Positions 24,398 to 37,018 of a stretch of DNA of 64,000 bases are shown piece by piece (the first letter of the stretch is position 1; the number at the start of each line of letters is the position of its first letter). The DNA comes from Eledone cirrhosa (taxonomy: Eukaryota). The translations under genes and the position numbers were made by a program. The notes beneath the pieces are model-generated. The model did no database searches and was not told where the DNA came from. It saw only the letters and a list, made by a program, of their open reading frames with translations. The stretch spans positions 61,938,001-62,002,000 of the forward strand of contig OZ024742.1 in assembly GCA_964016885.1 (NCBI GenBank). Reading direction: 5' to 3'.

Positions 24398-25530
24398 CAA
24401 TCCGTTGTATATGAGGCAATTATAAGACCTATTCACACCAACCAACCGTCTATCGGAGAACGTTATGTGGGCATGGCCCAGGATATCTTTAAAAAAAAGA
24501 TACTATGCACACGTCGCTTCCTTTCAACACCAGGATAAAAAGAAAACTACGGCGCTGGCAAATAGAGTGTGGGAGATGAAAGAGCGTGGGATCCCATATG
24601 AAATTGATTGGTCTATTTTAGACCAATCAAAAGAATATGTTAAAGGCACAAGAAGGTGTAACTTGTGTGTAACAGAAAAATATAGAATTCTACAAAAGCT
24701 GAAATCTCACAACACCTGCTTTAACTCTAATTCTGAAATATTTAAAATTTGCCCACATATAAGAACTCATCTTTCTCGGCATCAAAACACCATTTTGGAC
24801 ACTTACCCACCTTGAACACTCCTTTTCACACATTCAGCACTTATCTTATATTACATCTTGAACACTCTCTCTTACTTTAAACACTATGGACTTTTATCAT
24901 ACATTCAACACTTACATGATGCCCTTATTTTATATTGCACTTATTTTATTCATTTCTTCTTTTCCCTTACTTTTACCTTGAACAATCTCTCTTACTTTAC
25001 CACGAACACTCTTATTTTAAACACCCTTTTTACATATTCAACACTTATTTTATTCTATTTTATTTTATTTTACACTCATATTATTCACTTATTAACTTCA
25101 TCATTTCCTGAACACTATCTCTTATTTTTACCACCATGGCCCTTTACCACATAATTCCAACACTTTTATTTTATATTACACCTAGTTTATCCATTTCTTC
25201 ATTTACCTTGAACACTATTATTTTAACCAGAGACTTTCTCTCTTATTTTAAACACCTTGAATTTTTTTTACATATTCAACATTTATTTTACACTTATATT
25301 ATTCACTTATTGACTTCATCTTTTCCTGAACATTCTCTCTTATTTTAACCACCCTGGGCCTTTATCACATACTTTAAACAACAAAATATTTTTATAACTC
25401 TGTTCTATACATAGAGCACTCGTTTTTCCTTTGCCTTTATCACATTCTTTTAGTAACAAAATATATTTATATATTTTTATAGCTCTGTTCTATACATAGA
25501 GCACTCGTTTTTCCTTTGCTTTCTCTTCAG
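24398..25530 (+). mobile_element. Penelope-like element 3' fragment: GIY-YIG endonuclease (frameshifted) plus internally repeated 3' region
   Basis: VVYEA...[12 protein letters not shown] / RYYAHVASF...TALANRVWEMK...YEIDWSIL...RRCNLCVTEKYRIL...NSNSEIFKICPH; frameshift at the A-run near 24491. Confidence 0.8.
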
Positions 25531-25539
25531 AATTACCTA

Positions 25540-25597
<58 letters not shown>

Positions 25598-26230
25598 ATG
25601 TGTGTGTATATATGTGTGTGTGTATATATGTATTTATCTGTGTGGTTATCTGTGTGTGTTCATATTGTATATTTGTGTGTGTATTTTTGCATGCTTCCAT
25701 ATGTTTATACTTCCACTGGACACATACATGCAAGTATCTATATGTCGTTATACGTATGTGATTGTATTTATGTATAAGTCTATCATTATGTGTGTGACGT
25801 CTTCGTATCATTTTGTCCGAACGCTTATCTAGATTTTTATTTTATTTTATATTATTTTCTGTTTTTCCCTTGTATGTGTGTAGGTATATGACTAGTGTGT
25901 TAATACACTTCTGTTTATGCCATGCGTATATATATATGAATGTGCATGTGTATATGCATGTATGTGATGCTCAGTCTCTCAGCCCACACTGTAAAGTGGT
26001 CATGTAGGCACCACGGAAAAAACACCCAGCACTCACTGTAAATCAGGTTGGTGTTGGGAAGGGCATCCAGCTGTAGAAATCGAGCCAAAATCAGTTGCCG
26101 TATGAGCAAGACAAGGTCAGACGACCAGGCACTGCCCACAGCAGGACAAGCTGTCTAACCCATGCTAGCGTGGAAGAATGGACGTAAAACAGGGATGATG
26201 ATGATGGTGATATATATACATATTTATATA

Positions 26231-26286
<56 letters not shown>

Positions 26287-26649
26287 CATCACCGTTTAAA
26301 GACTATTTTCCATAGTTGCATGGGTTATACATGTCGTCCACATCAAGAGACAAGTCTGGCCAGAATTGGCCATGTGTACCTTGCTCTGACGAGACTATAA
26401 ATTCGACTGGGGTCTTTATAGTTGGATGCCCTTCCTACCACTAAATAATAGAAGGAAGACGCAGTCAAGGAAGACCACGAAAATCATGGGCAGAGGTGGT
26501 GAGAGCAGACCTCAGATCGCTGAAGCTCACGGAGATGACAAAGGACCGTGACAAATGGAGAGATGCCGTGCTTAATAAAACCTGTCCCACCCTTGCAAGC
26601 AGGGAAAAGCGGATGTAAAATGATGATGATGACGATGATGATATATATA

Positions 26650-27423
26650 AACATCATCATCACTGTTTAACATCCATTTTCCATGCTAGCATGGGTTAGA
26701 CAGGTTCTCCTATTTGAAGCAAGTCAAGGTCAGATGACCATGTCTTGCTCATAGAGAACTGATTTGGGCTTGGTTTCTATGGCTGGATGATCTTCCTAAT
26801 GCCAACCACATTTACAGTTAGTACTAGGTGCTTTTTTTCGTGATACCTACACAACCTCTTTACAATGTGGGCTGGGGACTTTGGTGGGAAGGGTGTGTAT
26901 GATTAGGGATGTTGGTATATATGGGTATGTATGAGGGGCAGAGTGTTAGATCGTGGGAGGTGTGTGGAAGGGGGATGTAGGTGAAGGTGGTGCATACCAG
27001 ATGTATGCTTCAACCTGTGCTCATAGGTGTATGGGAGCGGGGTGGGTGGGGTGAATACTATGCATATGCTTCCGCCTGTACACATGGAAGGTGGGTCTTC
27101 TGTATTACTGCATAACGCCAGAGATCTTAGCTATATGTCATCGCCTTTGAGAGGTGCAATTGTGCAAGGTCAGCTTTTATCACCTCATCCCAAGTTTTCC
27201 TGGGTCTTCTTACTCCATAGCTTCCATCAACTTTGAGCACTCAGCATCTTTTTATATAGCTGTCATCCTTCATATGCATCACATGCCCATACCAATGCAA
27301 TCTCTCCTGCACACTGCATCTGATTCCTCTTATGCCTAATTTCTTTCTCAGTTCATTTATGCTTTGTCATTCACATATATTACTATTACACATCGAAGCA
27401 TGCAAGCTTAATTTCTTTCCAAT

Positions 27424-27425
<2 letters not shown>
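26650..27425 (-). mobile_element. Diverged RTE (C-like) 3' fragment
   Basis: Degenerate C-terminal coding sequence, UTR module and (GAT)n tail. Confidence 0.75.
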
Positions 27426-27489
<64 letters not shown>

Positions 27490-27645
27490 GAGCGTCATAA
27501 GGGAGCAAGTTTGCAGAAGTTGTGATACCTGTATGTGTGTGTGTGTATCCAGCCAACACTGTAAAAGTTGTCATGTAAGCTAGTTACTTCCCTTTACATT
27601 ATTTCAGGACATTAAATGATGATGATGATTTTATATATATATACA

Positions 27646-27814
27646 CACCGTATTCCCCAGCGCCAAAGACGCTTCATCCTTGAGAATGCACCCTAATTTT
27701 GACAACCAAAAATTTAAAAAGAAATAATAAACCTTCAGTCTCCATGACACATGGTCGATTTTTTAAACTTTTTTTAGGAAAAAAGTAGCGTCTTCGACGC
27801 CGGGAAATACGTTG
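27646..27814. mobile_element. Tc1/mariner-pogo-type MITE
   Basis: Imperfect TIRs caccgtattccccagcgccaaagacgc / gcgtcttcgacgccgggaaatacgttg in a TA context. Confidence 0.75.
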
Positions 27815-27829
27815 TATATATATATATTA

Positions 27830-28330
27830 ATGGAGAAGGCTGTGCTGTTGTTTTTGAGGTTCTCCATTAAATGGACGATACTGGAAAAATCCATTTTCTA
27901 TGTCAATGGGACGGGATTTTGCCAACTGTGTACCTTGTGTAAGTGGAATATACTCTCGCAACTGGATGCAGAGAAACGATGCTTAAATACCCAGTCCTCA
28001 TGAAGCAAAATTCATTCTGAAAAATGGTGTGAACCAGATTAACTGAATTTATTTACTTTGACTTTTCAACTTTACTCTAGACTCCTTGTGTAACACAAGT
28101 TGCCTCCCTTTTGTTTTTTTTATAGTTACTTCCCTTTACATTATTTGAGGGATTTGTCTATTTATAGTTAAATTCGGGATTACCTACCCCAAAAACTCTC
28201 CTATCCCTAAATGCTAAATGGGGAGAGCCATCTTTATCTATATAACAGGCTGAATGAGTTGGCGAGAATAACCAACTTAAGTACTTCTATATGTTACTGT
28301 TGTAACTCAAGGTGGAAGCATGATAGCCAT
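27830..28330 (+). mobile_element. Second, more decayed Penelope-like GIY-YIG C-terminal fragment
   Basis: FSIKWTILEKSIFYVNGTGFCQLCTLCKWNIL...CLNTQS aligns by eye to the 24465-24815 peptide. Confidence 0.55.
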
Positions 28331-29557
28331 ACTCCTTGCTAGTTCACCATCAAGCTCTATGGATTACATCCAGATGTCCGATTCCTCGCCTCCAAGAGAC
28401 TCCTGCACTCGATGAGCAGGACGTCAGAGTGAAATCTTACAATATATAGGAATGTCTGGAAGGGGGTTGGGTAGTTCCCTGCAACTTGCATCAAATATCG
28501 ATGAAACCAACCAAGGTCTTTGGGCCACCATGCATAACCGGTAAGGAGCTGTTTGGTGGTTCCATTAACAATTAAATAGTGTAGGCCAACCTAAGGTAAC
28601 TTAAAGTAATTCTCTAAATGAGACACAGGAAGAAGAATTAGAGTTAAATTAAAATACAGTAAATTAGGTGTAGTCTGTCTTAAGGTAACTTAAAGGAAAT
28701 AGCAGTGACACATGAGGATGAATAAGAGATAAATTAAAGTTAAAGATTGAGTTAATTAGGGTGGGGTCATAATCGTTCAGTATAAAAAAAAAAGCATCCT
28801 GTGTAACAATATACAAGATTAAAAAATAAGGGGTAACAAAAGAAAATGACAAGTACATATAATATAATAAAAGCAAAGAAACAGATGCAAGGAAATATTG
28901 AAAAATAGTCTGGGATCTGCACAACGGTATCCTAACAGGTACAAATGTGTCTAAATATATAATTGTTTCTACTTTTGGCACAAGGCCAGCAATTATCCCA
29001 GTGTATTACTGGTACTTTATTTTATCGACCCCGTAAGGATGAAAGGCAAAGTTAACCTCGACGGGATTTGAACTCAGACCATAAAGGGCTGTAACTCTTT
29101 TGTGCAAAGCATGGCGTCCGACCCTCTACCGATACTGCCAATCCACCGCGTCTAAATATATAATGAGGACTGGGAAGATAGATAGGGGAAAATATGGAGA
29201 ATAACATTAAGATAGGAGTTGGAATAGAGTTCATAGTGTTCGTGGAGAGAATTCCACTAGTCTGCCAGTTTGCGTGCAGCAAGGGAAAGGGGAGAGGGTC
29301 TTTCCCATAAGTGTTCTTACTCCCATGGTTAAATTCCATAAAGTGTTGTCAGTGATCAGGGGATGTTATTATCCTGAGTTTTCCGCTAGTCTATAGGGAT
29401 GAGTTGGGTCCTCTGGTCAGCTCTGGTAATTAAAACGAGGTGAATGTTTAAGTCCAAGCCATTGAAACATGCCATGAGATTTGGGCAGAGCATATGAAGC
29501 CATCGTCTGTTTATTGATACAGCAAAGCGCGCAACTTAATAGGAGCATTTAATAAGA

Positions 29558-29609
<52 letters not shown>

Positions 29610-29633
29610 TAGATATTACCCACATATACACAT

Positions 29634-29672
<39 letters not shown>

Positions 29673-29729
29673 ATACACATATACATATATACAATATACA
29701 CATATATACAATATACACAAACATACATA

Positions 29730-30217
29730 TTACTCTTTTACTCCTTTACCTGTTTCAGCCATCCGGCTGAGGCTATGCTGGGGCACCGCCCTTGTTGCTA
29801 CACATTTTATCTCCAGCCTGTATAGGTTGGCCACTGGTGTACGAGGGAGTTTGTTGCTGCTGCCCTTAGGTTTCCCTCGTGCCTTGCTGTGGGCTCATCC
29901 GGGATCCTGGATAACAAGGTGTCGAGATGTTTCTTGAAGACATCCACCTCCACGTCATGCAAATCTCTCAAACCCTTCGGCAGCTTGTTGAAGAGTTGAG
30001 AGCCCTTGAATCCCAGGCTATTGCAATACCTGTTCCTTATTCTAGATGTGGAAAATGAGACCTTTGGCACCACACAGTGACGTCCTGTTCGACGGTTGGT
30101 CCAGCTCCCAATGCCAAAGTTTGGTGCTAGTCCCTCCAGGATTTTCCACATGTAGATCACTGCGTATCTCTCCCGTCTTCGTTCCAAGGATTAGAGGTTC
30201 AGTTCCTTTAGCCTCCT
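29730..30217 (-). mobile_element. CR1-group LINE 3' fragment
   Basis: LKELNL.SLERRRERYAVIYMWKILEGLAPN...FNKLP...FKKHLDTLLSRIPDEP; tail gcggtgccccagcat...gaaacaggtaaaggagtaaaagagtaa. Confidence 0.8.
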
Positions 30218-30337
30218 ATATATATATACAATATACACATATACATACATATATATACATATATATACACATATACATATATATACAAATATATACATAT
30301 GTATACACATATACATACATATATATATATACATACA

Positions 30338-30610
30338 TGGTGGCTGCCAACTCGTTTTCGAGTACGGCCACTACTTTATATCCATGTAGGAGAAACCCTA
30401 CCGATGCGCTGAACGAGTGTGACTTTTTAGTCCAGCCAGCGACTTGAAAACTCTGGTACAAACACTACACCTGTGACAATTATTGACACATAGTGCTGGG
30501 CCCATGGTACCATGTGATGACAAGTGCAGATAGATCTCCAGATATAAAGCAATTCCTGTGCCGTGAAGCTTTTATAGTGAGCAAAGGCACTGCACAAAGC
30601 CAGTCCCACA
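30338..30610 (-). mobile_element. 5'-truncated copy of the 31084-31722 element
   Basis: Direct similarity to 31084-31381. Confidence 0.8.
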
Positions 30611-31083
30611 TACATACATATACAAATATACATACATATATATATACAAATATACATACATACATACATATATATATACAAATATACATACATATATATA
30701 TACAAATATACATACATATATATATATATACAAATATACATACAAATATACATATACAAATATACATACAACTATACATACATATATATACAAATATACA
30801 TACATATATATACAAATATACATACATATATATATATATATACAAATATACATACATATATATACAAATATACATACATATATATACAAATATACATACA
30901 TATATATACAAATATACATACATACATATATATATATATACAAATATACATACATATACAAATATACATACATATATATACAAATATAGATATATATATA
31001 TATATACACCAATATACATATATATACAAAAATAGATACATATATATATATATATATATATACACCAATATATATATATATAT

Positions 31084-31722
31084 GGTGGCTGCCAACTCGT
31101 TTTCGAGTACGGCCACTACTTTACATCCATGTAGGATAACCCCTACCGAAGCGCTGAACGAGTGTGACTTTTTAGTCCAGCCAGCGACTTGAAACCTCTG
31201 GTACAAACACTACACCTGTGACAATTATTGACACATAGTGCTAGGCCCATGGTAGGACAATTATTGACACATAGTGCTGGGCCCATGTGAGGACAAGTGC
31301 AGAGAGATCTCCAGATATAAAGCAATGCCTGTGCCGTGAAGCTTTTATAGTGAGCAAAGGCACTGCACAAAGCCAGTCCCACTCTCTTAACCAAGATGCT
31401 ATTTACCAAAAAGAAGAACAAGTCAACATCATTGGATACCATCAGGGTTGCAGGTGTTATATCAGAGTTTTCCTTCTCCTAGAATTCTGCCTTGACTAAG
31501 GCTAAAGGGGTCATCTCTCCCGGTGATTTTGGATGGCCATTGACTCTTAAGAGCTCCTTTGCCCTTTGACAGGTTTTGTTTTTAGTCCTGCAGGATGTCC
31601 AAAGTCACCCTCCTCACCAAGAAACCTTGGTGGGGTTGCCAGTTTAGTCGCCAACGACCCGACCATGAGACAGGTTGTACTGGGATACATGTTACCAGTA
31701 GCACCAACTGGTGACCTGACAT
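31084..31722 (-). mobile_element. Bipartite non-autonomous RTE-derived element (5' UTR fused to zinc-finger 3' end)
   Basis: Contains aggagaaggaaaactctgat (RTE 5' UTR motif as I recall it) and [17 protein letters not shown]; a truncated copy lies at 30338-30610 and a related 5' piece at ~8860-9005 (+). Confidence 0.65.
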
Positions 31723-31951
31723 AATATATATATATATATACAAATATACATACATATATATATATATATATACAAATATACATATATATATACAAATATA
31801 TATATATATAAATATATACATATATATACAAATATATATATATATATATACAAATATATACATATATATACAAATATATATATATATATATACAAATATA
31901 TACATATATATACAAATATATACATATATATACAAATATATACATATATAT

Positions 31952-31982
<31 letters not shown>

Positions 31983-32052
31983 CAAATATATACATATATA
32001 TACAAATATACATATATATACAAATATACATATATATACAAATATACATATA

Positions 32053-32515
32053 TCATCATCATCAACGTTTAACGTCCGTGTTCTACGCTTGCATGGGTTT
32101 GGACGGGGGTTTTCCCACTTGTAGCAAGAGTGATTATCTTGCTCGCATAGGACTATCTGGCGGGTTTTCTACAGCTGGATGCCCTTCCTAACACCAACCA
32201 CATTTACAGTGTGGGGCTGGGAGGTTTTTACCGTGTTGCCTACACAGCCACATTACAGCGTGAACTGTGTGTTTTTTGACGTGACACCTACACGGTCTCA
32301 TTTGTTTCGGCCTGGATGTTGTGGCACCAACATAACTTTACATTGAAAGGGGCGGTGTGGATGGGGTGGGGGTGGTGGGACGGGGGTGTATTTTGTTAGA
32401 GATGCCTACTGACTGTAGTAGGTTTTACTTTGTATTTAAGTAAGGCGGGTCTTCTCTATTACTGAGTACCGCCAAAGGTCTCGGTCCAGTGACATTGTCT
32501 TCGTGAGGTGTAAGT
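32053..32515 (-). mobile_element. RTE family A 3' fragment
   Basis: Reverse complement of ~40095-40560. Confidence 0.92.
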
Positions 32516-35500
32516 TTTTGGGTTTTTTTTAATGACCATGCTGTAAAATGGAGGGGTAGAGAGGGCCCTTGAGTCTAGTAAGACATCCTCTCTAGTGCTG
32601 GTGGCACAAATAAAAGCACCCAGTCCATGCTGTAAAGTGGCGCTGGTGTTAGGAAGGGCATCCAACCAGTGTATCAATGCCAAAAAGCTTATCAGCACAG
32701 CAACAAAACAGCATAGAAAAATATGAAGACGTCGCATCTCAGAGTTGCAACACTTAATGTTGGCACTCTCAGAGGTAGATCTGCTGAAATAGCGGAGATG
32801 CTGGAGAGAAGGCAGGTGGATGTGTGCTGCGTGCAAGAGGTGAGATGGAGAGGTGCCTCTGCGAGACTAGTCGTAGGCAAGCGTCTTAGCTATAAGCTAT
32901 TCTGGGTAGGTAAGGATGATGGGTTAGGTGGAGTAGGCATTTTCCTGGCTGAGAAATGGATCAATAAGACAATAGAGGTAGTTCGAGTTAGTAATCGAAT
33001 AATTAAGCTTAGATTAGTTGTAGGTAGGAGACTACTGACAATCATCTCGGTCTATGCTCCCCAAGCAGGCCTAGGCAAAGATGAGAAAGACTGCTTTTAT
33101 GAGCAACTTTTGCAAACAACCACAATGACAGAGGACGGAGACATCGTTATGCTAGCAGGAGACTTCAATGGTCATGTTGGACAGCTCCAGGATGGTTACA
33201 CTGGGGTACATGGTGGGCACGGTTACGGTTCAAGAAATGAAGAAGGAGTGAGACTTCTTGAATTTTGTGCTGCAAGTACATTGACTATTTGCAACACAAA
33301 CTTCCAGAAACCTGCCAATCACCTAATAACCTACAAATCTGGTGAGCACATAAGCCAGATTGACTTCCTGCTAGTTAGGCAGCGGGACAGGCAGATAGTG
33401 TCTAATACCAAGGCATACCCTGGGGAAGAATGTACCCCACAGCATAGGTTAGTTGTTAGTGATATCTCAGTAAGCAAGAGATGGAATGAGACATATAGGA
33501 AGGTGTGGAGAAGAAAGGTCTTGAAGCTAAAAGACCTTTCACTAAAATTCAAATTTAGGAAAGCCCTTCAAGATGTATATGACGAAAAAGAAGACGATTT
33601 AGAGACGTATGACATAGATAATAACTGGAAGTTCTTACGTGACAACTTGCTGCAGGCTACTGATGAAACCTGTGGCTGGAGCAGAGCTCCAACCAGACAG
33701 AGAGTGACCTGGAGGTGGAACAGCACAGTAGATAAGGCTATTAGAGACAAAAGACTAGCATGGAAGGCTTGGAAAAAGGGTGGGAGTAGGGAAGAATATA
33801 CAGCCACTAAGAGAGAAGCTAGACGTCAGGTGTACTTAGCACGCAGGGAGGCAGAGAGTAGGAGGTTTGCCAATGTTCTGCGACGGGAAGATCAGAGGCG
33901 TGCGGTGTTCCACATTGCAAGGCAGTGTGTCAATGCAAATCAGGATGTTGTTGGAGATAAATGTGTCCGGGATGATGCCGGTGTACTTAGTGTCACAAAT
34001 GACCAGAAAAAGGAGGCCTGGAAATGTCATTATGAGAGACTGATGAATGTGGAGAACGAATGGGAGAGAGAGAAATTACCCTTGGTAGATCCGACAGAGG
34101 GACCAGCTATTGAGATTGACAAATATAGGGTCCAAGAGGCAATTAGGGAAATGAAAAATGGTAAGGCGGCCGGACCATCGGGAATAGTTGCTGAGATGCT
34201 GAAGGCATCAGGGGACGTAGGCACTAAACTGGTTGCACGCATCATCAATCAGGCTATATATGGTGGTGTCATACCCAAAGACTGGTGCAGCAGTATTCTC
34301 ATAAATTGCTACAAAGGTAAAGGGGATGCTTTGGAGAGGAGCAATTATAGGGGTATAAAACTGATAGATCAGGTTATGAAAGTGGCAGAAAGGATTTTAG
34401 CACAACTAATTAGAGAAAGGGTCAAACTAGATGAGATGCAGTTTGGTTTTGTGCCTGGGAAGAGTACAATAGATGCCCTCTTCTTGGTGAGACAAATGCA
34501 AGAGAGGTTCTTAGAGAAGAATAAGCCACTATACTTAGCCTTTGTTGACCTAGAGAAGGCCTTTGATAGGGTACCCCGATCTGTCATCTGGTGGTCCCTA
34601 AGGAAGCTAGGTGTTGAGGAATGGCTTGTGAGGACAGTGCAAACTTTGTACAGAGGTACTCTCAGTAAAGTCAGGGTAGGAATGGAGTTTAGTGAGGAAT
34701 TCGAGATACAAGTAGGAGTACATCAGGGTTCGGTCCTCAGCCCGCTCTTGTTCATTATAGTCCTCCAAGCCATAACAGAGGAGTTTAAGACTGGCTGTCC
34801 ATGGGAACTTCTCTATGCTCACGATATGGCTCTTATAGCAGAATCAGTAGAGGAGCTAGAGAATAAATTCCGGCTATAGAAACAGCAGTTGGAAGCAAGA
34901 GGACTGAGAGTAAATCTAGCTAAGACAAAAGTGTTGATGAGTAGAAAAGAGGACAAAACCCTGATTCCGTCAGGGAAATGGCCATGTTCGATATGCAGAA
35001 AAGGAACTGGCATAAATTCTATAAAATGCACACAATGCAGGTCCTGGGTACACAAGAGATGTAGCGGGATAGCAGGCAAACTAACAGGTAGGGAGAAATA
35101 TGTATGCAGTAGATGTACAGGGAAATTAGACAGTAGAAGTCACACTGATAGACACATTTTTCAAATGCGAGAGGGCGCTATAGAAGTGGTGGATAGCTTC
35201 CGGTACCTAGGAGATCAGATTAGCATGGGAAGAGGGTGTTCCGAGCCCATAGTATCTAGAATAAGGACGGGTTGGAAGAAGTTTAGAGAGCTGCTTCCTC
35301 TGTTGACGAAGAAGGGTTTCTCCCTGCGTACGAAAGGCCGGTTGTATGATGCCTGTGTGAGGAGCGCGATGCTGCATGGTAGTGAGACATGGGCAGCAAC
35401 CGCAGAGGATATGCGACGGCTGGAGAGAAATGAGGCAAGCATGCTCCGTTGGATGTGCAGTGTAAATGTGCGTGAATGACCCAGCATAAATGTGTTGAGA

Positions 35501-35805
35501 GAGAAACTGTGTCTGAGAGGGATAGAATGTAGTGTACGGGAGAGGAGACTGAGGTGGTATGGACATGTGATGCGCATGGAGGATGACCGATGGGTGAAGA
35601 AGTGCCAGGAAATGCCAGTTGAAGGAAGACGTGGTAGAGGTAGACCACGAAAAACATGGGCAGAGGTGGTGAGAACAGACCTCAGATCATTGAAGCTCAC
35701 GGTGGAGATGACGAGGGACCGTGACGAGTGGAGAGATGCTGTGCTGAATAAGACCCGTCCCACCCTTGCAAGCAGGGAAAAGCGGACGTAAAATGATGAT
35801 GATGA

Positions 35806-35810
<5 letters not shown>
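32516..35810 (+). mobile_element. Near full-length RTE LINE family B (APE endonuclease, RT, PHD finger), inactivated
   Basis: ATG 32723; LRVATLNVGTL, VQEVRW, GDFNGHVG, IDFLLV; catalytic motif mutated to YAHD; in-frame stops at 34877 and 35477; very short 3' UTR and (ATG)n tail. Confidence 0.96.
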
Positions 35811-35845
<35 letters not shown>

Positions 35846-35846
<1 letters not shown>

Positions 35847-36243
35847 AGATGGTGGATGGGTGATGGCAGATGGTGGATGGGTGATGGCAGATGGTCGATG
35901 GGTGTTACACGAGAATGCTGAGGATGGCTCTGAACATTAATCAGTATACACTGACGATGAAAACCTCAGAGCTGTATGGGAGCCTCCCAAAAGTCACCTC
36001 AAAAGTGACACAGAGGAGACTGAAGTTAGCTGGACATGCTCACCGACATCCAGAGTTGACATTGCACTCAGTGCTCCTGTGGGAGCCCTTACATGGACAC
36101 ACTGGAAGAGGAAGACGAGGGTTAACGTATGGTGATGCCCTAAGGACAGACACTGGTCTGTTAGAGATGCGATAATGAGGGACAGAGATCGCTGGAGATA
36201 ACTCGTCCATGGATCTCGGGGAATTTTACCCGTCCTAGATAGA
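35846..36243 (+). mobile_element. RTE-clade LINE family D 3' fragment
   Basis: Homologous to 15980-16358; 21 bp tandem repeats at the 5' junction. Confidence 0.85.
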
Positions 36244-37018
36244 TATATATACAAATATACATACATATATGTATATACATATACATACATACGTATATAT
36301 ACATATACATACATATATATACATATATATACAAATATACATATATATACAAATATACATATATATATACAAATATACATATATATATACAAATATACAT
36401 ATATATATACAAATATACATATATATATATATACAAATATACATATATATATATATACAAATATACATACATATATATAAAATATACATACATATATATA
36501 AAATATACATATATATATATATACATATATATATACAAATATACATATATATATATATATACAAATATACATATATATATATACAAATATACATATATAT
36601 ATATACAAATATACATATATATATATATACAAATATACATATATATATATACAAATATACATATATATATATACAAATATACATATATATATATATACAA
36701 ATATACATATATATATATACAAATATACATATATATATATACAAATATACATATATATATATACAAATATACATATATATATATATACAAATATACATAT
36801 ATATATATACAAATATACATATATATATATACAAATATACATATATATATATATATATACAAATATACATACATATATATACATATATACAAATATACAT
36901 ACATATATACAAATATACATACATATATATACAAATATACATACATATATATACATATATACATATATACAAATATACATACATATATATACATATATAC
37001 AAATATACATACATATAT
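36244..37018. repeat. TA array built from a TACAAATATACA(TA)n unit (same variant at 30610-31083, 31723-32052, 40567-40667, 40981-41070, 41579-41888; inverted at 42170-42270 and 44339-44562)
   Basis: Seen directly. Confidence 0.97.

Noticed and set aside
31600-31722. HDV-like ribozyme at the 5' end of the bipartite element
   Set aside because: A P4-CTAA-P2-like segment is present, but P1, P3/L3 and P1.1 could not be fitted; not called as a feature.
35477-35479. Shared in-frame TGA in two RTE-B copies (also ~14366) as programmed readthrough or selenocysteine
   Set aside because: Other copies have CGA; recurrent CpG deamination explains it.
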